A DNA stretch of 64,000 bases from Oikopleura dioica (lineage: Eukaryota; Animalia; Chordata). The notes under the pieces are model-generated. The model had not been told where the DNA came from. It saw only the letters and a list, made by a program, of their open reading frames with translations, and ran no database searches. Below are positions 1-12,535 of the stretch, piece by piece (the first letter of the stretch is position 1; the number at the start of each line of letters is the position of its first letter). The DNA is taken from assembly GCA_907165135.1 (NCBI GenBank), contig OU015567.1:15252001-15316000 (forward strand), written 5' to 3'. The position numbers were made by a program, and so were the translations under genes.

Positions 1-2821
1 TGAACAAACCTGAGAATCGGAAACCGCGTTCGCGATTAAAAACCCTCGTCAAGAAAATAATCGCTCAGCTTGAGTTCTACTTTTCGGAGCCGAATTTGAG
101 ACGGGATTCCGTCCTCCGTCGTTTGGCAGGGCCCAGTGGGACGCAGCCAGTTCCGATTGCCTTTATTCTTAGATGCAATAGACTCAAGCAGATAACGCAA
201 GATTTCAACCTCGTCCGACGGGCTGCTTTTGTCAAGGGATCAGACAATCGCAAGATTGGCTCGGAAACCTGTGTAAAAACCTGAGTCAGGGTCTTGAAAA
301 AGCTTCGGCATCTATTCTTCAAGCGATGTTGCTTCGTTTAAAAATAACCCGCTAGGGGCTTTTATCATCTTTTAAGACTCTGACTCAGGTTTTCTACATA
401 GAATGCCGAGCCTAGGTCGCAAGCCTTCTATTTTTGTTAATATTCCTGTTAACGATCCCTCTATGCAGACAGTAAAATATTAAAGCTGGCAGATTTGACA
501 GTGGAATATGATCAAGGAGGCATTTGTCGCGTCGATCCAATACCACCAAGTCCTCGTTCAATTCGCCACAAGACGGTGTTTATCGAGGGTCTGCCAAAAG
601 ATGCCACTGTCGAATGGATGGAGGCTCTTGTCAAGGCACTCTCAGATTGCACCCCTTCATTCATAACGATCCCAAGGCACAAGAAGGGAAATGCCTGTGG
701 GTATGCCTTCCTCGAGTTCAACTCGATAAAGCTCGCGCAAAAAGTCCACAGCGGTAAGCCTTTTTACGTATATCTGACGCGGTTAAAATCAATAAATATC
801 ATTTTGCTAGCATTTTTTCCATGGAAGTCAACTAAGTTTAGATTTCAACTCGAAACGAGCAATGTCGACAGCGTTTTTGCTTACAAGTAATCGCCGAAAA
901 CTCTTCCAAAACAAAATGCGCGAAAAACAGTCGAGTATCTTGGAAGAAGACATTCCGATCCCTCCTCCTTGTTTGAGATTTCTCCCAGAGGATGAAAGGC
1001 TTCGCCGGAAACCAAGAACTCCCTTGGTAGAGGTACAGTCAAATAACCTTCAACGAGATGACGCGAAAAATACAGCTGAATTGCCAAAAACCCAGACTGA
1101 AAAGCAGATGAGTATAGATGAAAATTATGTAGATATTCAACTTACTGACCAGGTAAACGATATTAATCTGAAAGTTTATCATTTTAAAAAGCCGGAAATT
1201 CCGACTGATCGAGTCTCCCGTAAAAGGAGAAGAAGTCCGAGCTCACAAGACTTGATTGACGGACTTGAGTGTCATCCGGTAAAGGAACTGAAAATCGACC
1301 CAGATTCGATTGAAGTGCAAGCAGAACCCGCAGAAGAGCATGAACTTATTATCCAGGAATCGAAAGAAACTCAAGATGCCGTCGAGCCCAGTGAACCCAC
1401 TCGGCCCATCTCGTTGTTTTTACGAGCAAGGCGAAATTCATTTCCCCCACTGTTCGGCTGTTACGCTCATCATGGACTGACCTATTGGCAGGGATACTAA
1501 AACACTTGCACGAAAACACTTTCAAATGTCGTACATGCATAACTTATGTAAACGATGGTCATTATCTCTCTAAATTATCGATGTGTGAGTTTTTAGTATC
1601 CAATAAAAGGGCTCCTGAACTTTACGCGTTTGAACAAGGAACGGTTTCGTCGAACCCGCCTGCCATATCCAACGGCCTGCATCAAGACGTCTTGATTCCA
1701 CCACAAAATGGAGGATCAGCGACTAAGTTGTCACAGCCTGAGCGCGAGCTTATCTCTACAGGCACCCAAACCGAATCAAGTTCTATCAACGAGCGCGTGG
1801 AGCATTTGCTGAAGTATGGGCGAAGTCAAGCAGAACAACTCAAATCGAGAAAGCGCAAGATCCCTTCGACAATCAGCGTCGTTCCGGCGAAGAAAAGACG
1901 GCGGAAAAGCCGCATTCGACGGAGAAACAAAGGAGTATCAAAACCTATCAATACACGAAATCGAAGATCAATGTCGAATTTGATCATTCCTTCCTGGGGA
2001 GGGAATCGATTCAAGGCGTACCTGGGCTCCGAGTGGCAAAAGATGAAGCGAGAGTACAAGCAGATGCAGAAGTCGAACATGGGCAGACTCAAGCAGAGAC
2101 TGAAGGACGACACTTTTCGATTCATGGGCGCAGCTTTGAGAAAACATATCAAGCACGATGAAGTTTGCAAGGGCTTATCCGGTAAAACATTTGATTTTCG
2201 ATGAAGACTCATTTGATTTTAGACGACGAGGATGAAGACGACCAGTCAGCGACGGAGAATGAAATGGACTTCAATAGCACTTATCCAGTTCTGCGAGTTC
2301 ACGATCCACGTGGCGCTCGGCGAAAGGGGGATGCTCCTACATACCGACCGGGTAAGTGTACAATGCTTAACATTTATTAATGTATACTCAAACTCAGGCG
2401 TCATTGTTAAAATAACTTCGGATGGAGCATTATCAACGCATGAGCGTATACGCGCCAGGTTCGACGAGTACGGAAATGTCGCCTACGTCGATGTCAAGCC
2501 TGGATCAAATGTTGGATACGTCCGTTTTAGCAATCAATCTGGAGCTCAAAAAGCCATCGAGCTTGAAGGCATGTTCAAGCTTGAACTGCTCACGGGACGA
2601 GAAGAAGATAATTACTGGGAGGACCTACTTCAAAAGGCAAGATTTAAAACACCTTCTTATTTTCTAGTTTTCATTCGTAGCGAGAAACAAAGCGAAGTTC
2701 AAAGCGTAAGAAAACGCGCGGCGTCGACCGGCTCGCCAGAAGAGCTGCAAAGCAAAAGAAGAAAGAGCGAAAACTCCACATACTTTTTGACGTCGATATG
2801 GAAGACGAGAATGACTTTTGA
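1..2821 (+). CDS. LARP7: La-related protein 7 (La motif, RRM1, C-terminal xRRM); multi-exon, 5' end outside window
   Basis: Frame 3 gives KTLVKKIIAQLEFYFSEPNLRRD (La motif). After intron 231-485: LADLTVEYDQGG...KTVFIEGLP...GYAFLEF (RRM1). EWQKMKREYKQMQKSNM matches the LARP7 pre-xRRM helix, and GVIVKI...VAYVD...KLELLTGREEDNYW is the xRRM. After GC-AG intron 2637-2680 the tail KKTRGVDRL...KLHILFD resembles the LARP7 C-terminus; TGA 2819-2821. Exons between 890 and 2050 are not fully resolved. Confidence 0.9.
258..413. mobile_element. MITE family A copy in LARP7 intron 231-485
   Basis: TIR pair GGCTCGGAAACCTGTGTAAAAACCTGAGTCAGGGTC ... GACTCTGACTCAGGTTTTCTACATAGAATGCCGAGCC; the same termini recur about 10 times in the window. 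Confidence 0.85.
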
Positions 2822-3149
2822 ACTTTTAGAAGCCACGATTCATGCACACTTTCTTTTTTGCTGCCATTCCAAGACAAGTTCGTTTTTCTATCAGCATATT
2901 TAGTTGCTGAAGATTTCAAATTTTTCAATTACAGAAAAAATTCACTGATGCCTTAGACAACCAGTTCATGTTCAAAAACACGCTTATGTATTTAAAAAAA
3001 CAAAAACCTCTTCAATATATTGATATGTTTAACGATGCATATTGTCTTCTCCATCGCAACATTATTTCCAAAAATATATTTCATGTTTATTCATATTGCA
3101 CAGCTTGAAAAATCATCAAAGGATCATCATCATGATCAGCCATTCTTCT

Positions 3150-4010
3150 ACTGAAGCGAACCCATCGATCCTTGAACATCAGTTTTTGCATGCAAGTACA
3201 AAATTAGAATAATTTACCAGTAGTCTTCGGTCAGTATGATCAGATGTTGTTAGAGATCCGAATAACGCTCTTTGGTTTGCTGATGCATGACGTCCTGAGT
3301 GTGACCAACTTGAATGTCTTGAAGTTATCTGCATGATGGTCAGTAACATACCTTAGAGCTGCCTTCAGGAACGCAGAATAATATAAAAGAAAAACTAAAT
3401 ATCGTGACATAAAATTGACAATTTCTCGAATGCTGTAATCTTTCAACCCCAAGGACCTTTTACTTGGAAAAGGGATGAATAGTTTATCAAGGCACTCAAC
3501 AGTTAATTCATATGATTTCTGACGTTTTGTGGCCGACAAAGTACACCAGAAACCCAAATAACATAGAAAACGCGACATTTTTCATACCGACACCTCATAA
3601 TTTATCAAGTGGTACAAGGTTAAGGTGGAAGTATCACTTTGGAACATGTATTTATTTGGAATTCTGGCACTAGTGCTCTCTGAACTCTTCTTGAAATGAC
3701 TTGATTTTTGCTTGAAAAGTCGAAAATGTAAGCGATAAAACTTGATCTTCTGTGATAACGAGGAACATTTCTTGAATGTCGCTGGATGATAGTTCGGGCA
3801 TAACTGTGATCATTGTTGATTGCAAGTCTTGCATCGAAATAATTCCATCTTGGTCTTTAAATGCTTCATTCTTTAGTTGACCATAGCCTATGGTCCATAG
3901 GTCAATACGAAAATAGAAGCTAGAATTAGAGTTCATAAGTGATCGAAACATTCCCTTCATCCAAGTATTCGAATACTCTTTCGAGTTTTACATTTTGCGA
4001 TGCTCTTATA
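3150..4010 (-). CDS. Uncharacterised multi-exon gene or genes, possibly EF-hand-like
   Basis: Minus-strand ORF pieces KLERVFEYLDEGNVSITYEL and EAFKDQDGIISMQDLQSTMITVMPELSSSDIQEMF resemble degenerate EF-hand helix-loop-helix units; splice structure not resolved. Confidence 0.3.
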
Positions 4011-4470
4011 GATTTCTTTGCCAAGGCTTTCCATTTTCTCGATTTCGGCTGAATGAAACGACTAATAGTAGAACATTGAAATCTCAAAGATTTACCACAA
4101 CAATCGCTCGTTTTCCCATTGCTCTATATTTTGTATACATTTAGTTGTTTTGAGAGTTTATATGGAAAGTTATATCGATCTAGACGTCAGCCAGATAATA
4201 CATTTGCGAGAAGTTTTAAATGTTCCCTGTCAAAACTAATTGTCTTATAATGTCTGACTGTCTTTTAAAACCTACAAACAGGGGCTGCTTACATGTATTT
4301 CTAAGGATAACTATACACATGCATCGTATGAAATTCCCTCAAGATAAACTTCCACACCCACTTTATAGCTCTGCTCAGCAAATATTGAACGAGTTGATGA
4401 ATTTGCTCGGGGGCAAGAGTAATTCTTAAATAGTTTTTTCGGTAAAAAAATTACCTTGAGAGCTTCAAGA

Positions 4471-5868
4471 ATGGCAGACATTGTGACAGAGAGTGTATCA
4501 GGCTATCTTCGATTTCAGTTGATTCAAGTTGGCCTTGAAAATGGCCTTTTTGATGTCATCGAAGTAACTCTTGGAAAAACAACGAAGCAGATCGCGAATG
4601 AAGCTAATTGCGACACAAGATACGTCGAAGAGTGGTGCCAGGTAAGAAGAAGGATAGTGATTAGTAAGTTGTGTAAACCTACTTAGGCATTAGCCCTGGG
4701 AAACATTTTGGTTGCGAACTTAGACAACAACTCAAAGGAGTATCTTTATTCAATGACTGCAGACATGAAGAAGACAATTTCTGAGATGACTCCGATGCTT
4801 CGACTTGTCAATTCAGTCGGATCAGCTATTCCAGAAGTCTGTTCCAACTTTTCGAGTGGCGCGCCCGTCTTCTTTGAAAAATACTGTAATGTCGCGAAGA
4901 ATATTTCTAATGCTCTTGGCCCCTGGTACGAGACAGAATTACAGGGACGTTTATAGAAAGACCTTTCTATTTGGAGATTCAAGTATTCTACGGCGATTAT
5001 AAACAATGAAAGGGTGTCCTGGAGCGAGCAGGAATCAACAAAGACTTCAAACACATCCTCGATTTCGGCTGTGGATTGGGACGTTCTACCTACGCTCTGG
5101 CAGACATTTTTCCCAATTCTACCATTCACGGAGTCGACCTAGATAAATTGTCAATCGATGAAGCACGGAAGAATCCCAAGTGTTCCGACAGGACGAAATT
5201 TCACTGCCAAGATGCTTCTGAATTCACTACCACTGGTCAACAATTTGAGCTTATCTGCTTCTTTGTTTGCCTTCACGATTTCGCTCATCCGACCAAAGCT
5301 CTTCAGGACCGTTCATAAATTGTCAAAGAAGGTGACTCCTTAACCATAAGAAAGAGACGTATTTTGAATCACTCAAAGCTTTGTCAACATTTGCTTACTT
5401 CTGATGGAAAAGTAATCGTCATCGAAATGGCTGGAAAGGATCATTTTGCTCCTGAGAAGTAGAGTAGCTTTCTATAATTTCTATATAAAGAATAAAAAAC
5501 ATATTTTGTCTCATAAGCGCTTCAAATTCCATTACAGCAAAGAAGAATTTAATTCTGTGGCCATTTCCGCTCTCCATTGTGTACCAGCATCGCGGCCAGA
5601 AAATGGAGAAAAAACTGGTAGATATCTCAATAACTTCCATAGAGAAAGAATTTTATTCTAGGAGAAGATATTGGCAATCCATTCCGTCTTTCACAGTTAC
5701 AGAAGATTTCCAAGACAGCTGGATTTGAAGTCGAAAGAATTTCCGACGAAGTTCTCACTGATACTGGTTATCAACTCTTCATTCTGTCAAAATAAATCTT
5801 CTTGGACCCTAATTCTTTATCGTCTTTGCAGGTTCGAAAACATCAAAATCAGAGCACGAATGGTATAA
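4471..5868 (+). CDS. Class I SAM-dependent methyltransferase with N-terminal winged helix (Rv2258c-like architecture)
   Basis: QVGLENGLFD...KTTKQIANEANCDTRYVEEWCQ (wHTH); motif I ILDFGCGLGRST; TIHGVDLD; FELICFFVCLHDFAHP; DGKVIVIE; SALHCVP; short introns. 3' end approximate. Confidence 0.75.
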
Positions 5869-6810
5869 ATAGGCTCTGCAAATCCATAAATTGTCGGAAG
5901 ACAAACCTTACGCAAATACCGGAATAAGCGCCAAATCAAATTATGCTTTAGGCTCAGAGGGGATTTTTATAATCACCCCTTGACCTAACACATAAATCTT
6001 CCGGGCAAAAATACACAACTTGAGGCGGCTTCGCAAAAAAAGGGCTCCACGGTAAATTTGCGCTGGACTTGGAAAATTAGGTTACAAGATTTTTAAAGGG
6101 CTCGGCCTTTTAGGGCATTTTCTTTATTTGCTTTGGCCAAACGCAGCGGTCGGTCAATCTCTTGCTGCGATGGACAAAGGACCAGACGATTTGCATTTGC
6201 CTTCCCAGGCGATGATAGAAAATGATAGCGCACGCGAAATGTCACCCACTGGTTCTTCTTCGTGCTGCAGACAGGTTCTGCAATCGACGATTATCTTGCT
6301 TTATTGTCAATAAAACTACTCTCGTTCGCTTTTTACTGTAACAATGGAGGCTCATTTTAACACTTCATTGTTACATACTATCAAGAATTCAATGGACGTA
6401 ATTCTTTTCCCAAATGAAGATCTTTTAGGAGCAATTTAACATGATTTATTCGCACTGATTTCCCAAGTTTCGTAACGCTGTTTTGTAAGAAGGCCCAATT
6501 TATTCCGTGAACAGCTTGAGTCACCCCATGACACTCGTAATTTACGAAAACTCAATCGATCAGCATTCCCTCTCATCCCGCCCAATTGACCCGAACGACA
6601 GCCACCCATCAAAGGTTTCTGTTCATAAATATGCTCGATGACGCGTCTTCGACGATAATTATGTTTTGATCCCTTGGATCTGGACCAAAACGCGGGCGGC
6701 AAAGTGCTTCAAGTCTGAGATTTTTGCTATTCAAGCTCTAATTTTCATAATTTCTGATTGATCACTTCTGCAAAAGAGGATTACTTATTCAGCCTCGAAA
6801 AAAGAAGAAA

Positions 6811-6964
6811 GGATCGGAAAAGATGAAACCTGAGTTAGGGTTTGAAAGATCTTTAGTAAAAAGCGGCGTAGCAATTTTCTTATTCTGGCGAAGCCGCTTT
6901 GCGGCTTCGATTCTAAAAAAGCCGCGTAGAGATCTTCCAAACCCTAACTCAGGTTTTCCGAGCC
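6811..6964. mobile_element. MITE family A variant (CTGAGTTAGGG arms)
   Basis: AAACCTGAGTTAGGGTTTGAAAGATCT ... AGATCTTCCAAACCCTAACTCAGGTTT inverted pair; internal GAAGCCGC-nnn-GCGGCTTC hairpin shared with the copies at 34635 and 36526. Confidence 0.7.
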
Positions 6965-8144
6965 AGATCGGAAAGGATAAAGCACAGGAGAAGCAGATGC
7001 TCTTTCGAATTTGCTCCCAAGTTATTAGGAACTAACTTTTCTTCTAAATCAATCTTTCAATAAACGCCAAGACGAAATGAAGCAGAATAAGTCGACTTTG
7101 AATGATGTTTCCGGCTTCTGTCTCGCAGAGCATAAACTTTGCTCAGGCTGAGAAAAGCTCTGTACTGAAGCTTGTAAACTTCTCAGAAGAGTGATTTACG
7201 GCGCGTTTGTGCATCTTAGGCAATCGGCCCGCCGTAAAATCAGAGGAGGAGATCGTCAAGTCCGATCAGCGCTTTGAGATGGCATCCTTTCCGCCACACC
7301 TTTCAGCCTCCCCGCCTATCGAAGCTCTATCTCCCTAGATATCCGGCAGGCCATGCTTTATTTTATCAGAAGGCCTTGGAACTTATTGCCCGTGGTGTAA
7401 AATCCGCCTTATTTATCGTAAATCGTGTGAAACTACTGATGTCTTTCAGAAATTCAGGGCGAATTTTGATTTGAATAAATATTGTTGAGCACCAACTATG
7501 GAAATAAATATGATTAGCGTTCTGTTGAAAACACAATTAATCTGAAATTTCCAAATTTCTGCGAGGCAATATCCGGTTCAATCAAGACTTTCCCAATCAG
7601 ACTTTCCCAGAGAATCTGCCCACCCAAGATCCCGATAGCAACAAGATTTCGATAAAAATTCAGTATCAGAAAGAAAACACGGAGGTGGTCTGGCAAATTC
7701 GATCAGAAAACTCGCTCGTAAGAAGTTTGTCTTGAACCGACTCAAACAATCAGAGAAAAAACGAAAAAATATTGATTTATTTTATGAAAAAGTAAGTTTT
7801 CTCGAGATACAAATATCAAATACGCGATGATTCATCATCTGATGCCGTTCATAACTGAATGATTCAGGCATAACTAAACCATGACAGTACCTTTTTTTCG
7901 ATTAGTCCCACATGGTATCCTGCTGCATAGGATGCCTTAGTTACAGCCTCGCGTGCATTGGACGGCTGCATCGAGATTTTCATGGAAGATGGCGCAGCTG
8001 CGTCCAATCCGATTTTTCTCCGAGGAGGGGAATCGCTGTGACGCGCTCTCGCTAGATGGCGCATCACCCGCGCATTTCTCTTTATAATCTCTTCGGTGGG
8101 AACCACAGTCAATAAGCAAAAAATTCAGAAAACCACAAAAGAGA

Positions 8145-9554
8145 ATGACTTCCACTCCGATTTCTTGGGCCAAGGTCGCCGTCACCAAGCCAAAACCAAA
8201 GCCCACTCCACAGAAGACTTCTTCTCCCGCCCAGCATTTTCCTGCTCTCGCGAAACAGTCATCAGCCAAGGCTCCACCAGGATTCGAAGCTGTCAAACCT
8301 TCCGTCCCACAGTCTCCGGCCCCCGTCAAGAAGAAACCCCTCACAAAGACCCTGAGCGAGGAAACTGGCAAGCCAAAGCTATCGGATATCCTCCGCCGAG
8401 AGACTGTCGCCCCGAAGAAGAAGCCCCAGCAAAAGCTGAAACGAAGCATCGATTCGGGTCTCGTAGCACTGGCCGACGCGAAGCAACAGAAGTACCAGAC
8501 GATTTCGTACATTCGCAGCCAGTATCAAGGCGTCAAGGGAACGAGCCAGCTCAAAAAGCTCGTCGAAGGACTTCGCCTTTCAAAGGAGAAAGAGATCGAG
8601 AAACTCCGTCAACTGGAGCATGAGATCGAAGCAGTGGAGCAGAAACTCAAATTCGACAAGGTACAATAGTTAACTAGAACATATGTGACCAAGAAGTAGA
8701 TACGTAGAACTTAATCGCTTCATAATTGAGTTTCGGATATTACGAATATAAATAAAATTGAGCTATCAAATAAAACGATGATTTCAGGACGGCTCCAGCT
8801 CCATTCCCGAGTTCCAGATGATGTCCAAGGAGATCCGCCTTCGCAAACGAAGGATCGAGCTCGTCCGCAACCACATCAAAGCTGCCAACGAACGGATCGA
8901 GATCCTCTTGGACGACGACAATGCTGGAAACGATCTGATCGACAACATCAATAATCTCATCGATGAATTCAACGAAGAGTTCATCTTTGATCCCAGTAAG
9001 TAATAACTAAAAACAGCTCGTAAAACACTTTTTTCGATCATAAATTAAAATCCTCTTGAGTAATCAGATAATAATTGCATCTTTCAGGTCGAATGACTCC
9101 ATCTGCAGATTCCTTGGGATCCTCAGCTCCTTCGATCGAATCTTTCAGCTCATCGGGCCGAAGCGACTCGCTAGACAGCCTAGGAGACTCCCGGCCCTCC
9201 ACTCCTGCGTCGCTCAACCCTTCCGCAGAAGTCTTCTCGCCAAGCAAGAGCCGTCCATCGACTCCGATCATGTCGACTGCCCAGCGATACAAGAAGTGGG
9301 TCGAGGAGAAGATGGCTCCTGAATTCGCAGCGATGAATGCCGAACCACCACAGCAACCAGCTCCAGCCATGCCCATGATCCCCAACGTTCCACGATACTG
9401 CGCCCTGGTCACCTACATGCCCGGATTGTGGATGATGCAATCGCCAGTTGCTGTCAACTGCTACAAATATATTATACTGCCAAAATCCAGAAATGTGCCC
9501 GCTGTACTTCACACTACCCAACCTTACTGTACTACCGGTCAATTCTCCCACTAA
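8145..9554 (+). CDS. Orphan 3-exon protein: K/P-rich N-terminus, coiled coil, PAM2-like motif
   Basis: ORFs 8145-8660, 8788-8996 and 9088-9554 join in frame through GT-AG introns (KFDK|DGSS; FDPS|RMT); SLNPSAEVFSP at 9210-9242 fits the PAM2 consensus. Confidence 0.6.
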
Positions 9555-9619
9555 AATATTTTCATTTTTAAAACTTTTATTTGTCTTTTCTTTGCATAAT
9601 CTCATAAGCAGTAAATCGA

Positions 9620-9742
9620 CGCCAAAAGGCCTGTGAAGAAATCCTGAGTCAGGGTCTTGTAAGAACTGTCATGGTATGCTCATTTGAAACGGCAGGGGAC
9701 TCTTTCAGGACTTTACTCGGTTTCCAACACAGATTGCCGCAA
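9620..9742. mobile_element. MITE family A, degenerate copy
   Basis: CCTGTGAAGAAATCCTGAGTCAGGGTCTTG ... CTTTCAGGACTTTACTCGGTTTCCAACACAGATTGCCG. Confidence 0.65.
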
Positions 9743-9790
9743 TTTTATGGCCCCAATTCGACTTGACGCGATTCCGTTCGAGGAACATAG

Positions 9791-10253
9791 CAGGGTGGCT
9801 ATTTTGGACAAAATTTTGGGGTCTGGCCATCCAATTTCCATCCAATAAATTTTGAGTTGGAACTTTCCATCCAAAATCCAACCCAATCCAATTATTACCC
9901 AATTCCCAAAAAATCCCCAATTCCAATTAGATCCAATTGGATAAATCCAATTTTTCCAAGGCTTTTAGTACTTTGAAAAGAAGCGAAACAGTAAGTTTTT
10001 ATCCGAAAGGAGGATCAACATAGCCAAAACAATGATTTTTTATCCGAAATTGTTCATTTTTATCATGAAAATGACCCTTCTTTGCATAGTTTAGCGATAT
10101 ATTTTTTATTGGATCCAATTCCCCAATTTCCCCCAATTGCCCAATTTTCCCCAACGAAATCCGGTACCCTGGCCATCCAAATTCCATCCAAACCTTATTG
10201 GATTGGATCCAATCCAATTCCAACTAACCCCCAAATCCAAAATAGCCACCCTG
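9791..10253. mobile_element. Non-autonomous TIR element (CAGGG ends; hAT- or P-like)
   Basis: Perfect 18-bp TIR CAGGGTGGCTATTTTGGA / TCCAAAATAGCCACCCTG; direct repeat AACATAG on both sides (7 bp, 8 if the overlapping G is counted); CCAAT-rich interior; no ORF. Confidence 0.85.
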
Positions 10254-10338
10254 AACATAGATTTGTTTATTAGAGGGCAGTAGGAAAAAGTTGGACAAAT
10301 CAAGACCGCAGAAAACATGACAGGAAATTTCATCTTCA

Positions 10339-12535
10339 TTACCAATCTGTGACATTTCCGTATCTTTGAGCAGCCCTGCTTTTGAGCTCCTGTTGAGTCG
10401 CTTTCTTCGTGAACTTCGGCCCCTTCGCCCCCTCCGGCATCTGTTTTGGAGCTTCTTGAACTGGCCTCCTAAAGTTTACAAGTTTATATATCACAGTCGT
10501 AAAGTTTGTTCTTTACTTTTTCGGGATTTTGATTTTGCGCTCATCTTGCGTTGTTTCAATTGGCATCTCACGGATTGTTGTTTTGTGTATGGCCTGTTCC
10601 ATTTCGCCGTGGCTGAACACAAATATTTACCGGGCTTTGTTTTACGCGGGTCAAACCTAAACTGGCGGCTCCAACCAACAGCCATATCCTGCACATGCGC
10701 TGGTCGAACAGTTTTGCCCTGAAAAGACCTCAAAATTTATTTATGTTCTTCTTTGAAGGTTGCGCTCGTGTGAGAGGAAAACCTGAGTCAGGGCCCTGAG
10801 AGCCTGAAAGACCCAGAGGTTAAAATCCTACGATTTCAGAACACTGACTCAGGATTTCTACTCAGCCTGCCGAGCCAAGCTTTACCCGCATCGAGGAAGC
10901 TTTATTGCCTTCCTGGAAGAACTTCTCGTCATCATCTGCCGCATCAATCGGTTTGAGATCGTTTTTCCACGCCTTCCAAGCTTCAGCCGGGTCTGGCGAG
11001 GGCGGCCGTGGCGCCGAGAACAGAAGAGAATCATTATTCCAATTGACTCCAAGCGCGTCATCCGACGTCTTGAAGAAATCCGAACGAGTTTTCGTCAGCA
11101 GCATCTCTTCTGGAGGAGGAAGGGAGGATTTGCTCTCATCTTTTGGCTTCTCAGGCTTTTTGAATTGAGCCTTTTCTAGGGCAAACGAACTTTAGGAGGA
11201 TGAAGAATTGTTCTTCTTGAAAACGATGGTAAATCTCCTCTTATCTAGCTATTCCGAGAAGAAAATTACATAAGGAACAAATGGATCTTGTTCCAAATTA
11301 GATACAGCTTTGCTGGCTTAATTACTTTATTCAAGAATTCAGAACTTCATCATTAAATTGAGAGATTAGAGCTCGTTCAACTGAGTCAGGAACTAGGTCT
11401 AGGATGGGGGGTGATCGCTGGAGATCCAAAATGAGGCGCTCGAGATGAATCACCGATGAGTGGAGCGCGGGTTGTTTGGATCTCCAGAGCGCGGAGATCG
11501 AAGCTCGATCTCCAAATCAATCCCAGGGATTCTGTCGATCTCCAGTTTTCGGTGACCGGAGCTCTGAATTTTCTCGACCAAGGATTTTTCTCGATTAAAT
11601 TCATATTTTGCAGGGACTTTGCGGATCAGTATCTCAAAAAAATGATAATTTCTAATGCTAATCTTCAAGAAATTATCGCTCACCCGCCGAGCTGAGTCTT
11701 TGGAATATGAAACCGAACCAATTTTAGAATTTTGAGATTTCAAGTATTGAAAAATGTTGAAACACATCGAATTGAGAAAAATACTTGAGCAGAGATAATA
11801 AATAGTACATTTTTCCCTAAAATTACTATCCATGCACTTGTTTTGACAAAAGATTTGAAATCTACAGTGCCGAATTAGTATTGCCTGAGATTTTTACGTT
11901 GATCCGGTCAGTCGCTTCTGATATCAGTAGGCTGGCAGAAGATTGTTTTAAAGTGACTCATCCGACTTAGGGGATCAAAAATTTTTGGATCTCCAAGAAG
12001 TGGAGATCGAGAGTGGTGATCGATCACCGCAATTTCGGAGTGGAGATCGCGCGGATCTCCACGCAATCGGAGATCCAAACGACCTGCGCACCACTCATTG
12101 GTGATTCCTCTCAAGCGCCTCATTTCGGATCTCCAGCGATCACCCCCGATCCTAGACCTAGGTCAGGAAGACTTTGATGGATAAGGAAATCGAAATTGAG
12201 CTCGGCAATTTGTGTAGAAAACCTTTAAGTCAGGCCCCGAAGACCGTTTATCATTCAGAACCTGACTCAAGTTTCAATGTTTTCTACAGAGGTTGCCGAG
12301 ACCAGAATAGAATAGGGCCGTTTTGGGGTGTTAAGATTTGTGTTGATTTCAAATTATCCAGCCCTGCTTACATCATTAAAATTATTGTAGCGAGGAGATT
12401 TACCATATTAAAATGATCAGTGCTCCTCTCTGAGAAGCACTGCTCAGCTAAATTTGGGAACTTACCTGGCTGCTGCTCAGTTTCCGAGTCTGACGAATCT
12501 GAATTTGAGTCGCCGAGCCCGAAGAAGTCAGTCAT
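10339..12535 (-). CDS. C1orf52: UPF0690 / C1orf52-like protein, multi-exon
   Basis: MTDFFGLGDSNSDSSDSE...LPPPEEML...VNW...AP...WKAWKNDLKP...DMAVGWS has the same motif order as I recall for C1orf52 (acidic N-terminus, LPGPDELF, IDW, FKIWKSNYVPP, DMAIKWS). Recognised by eye. Confidence 0.6.
10764..10879. mobile_element. MITE family A copy, 5 nt from a splice donor of the C1orf52-like gene
   Basis: GGAAAACCTGAGTCAGGGCC ... ACTGACTCAGGATTTCTACTCAGCCTGCCGAGCCAAG. Confidence 0.75.
11393..12161. mobile_element. Non-autonomous hAT-like element, CTAGG termini, ~95-bp TIRs (family B1)
   Basis: TIR CTAGGTCTAGGAT(G/C)GGGGGTGATCGCTGGAGATCC...; exact 8-bp TSD GTCAGGAA (11385-11392 and 12162-12169); internal GGAGATC/GATCTCC repeats; intronic. 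Confidence 0.9.
12196..12305. mobile_element. MITE family A copy
   Basis: GCTCGGCAATTTGTGTAGAAAACC ... TTTTCTACAGAGGTTGCCGAGACCAG. Confidence 0.75.

Noticed and set aside
5900-7800. Possible coding exons flanking the MITE at 6811
   Set aside because: Several short ORFs on both strands, but no consistent spliced frame or recognisable motif.
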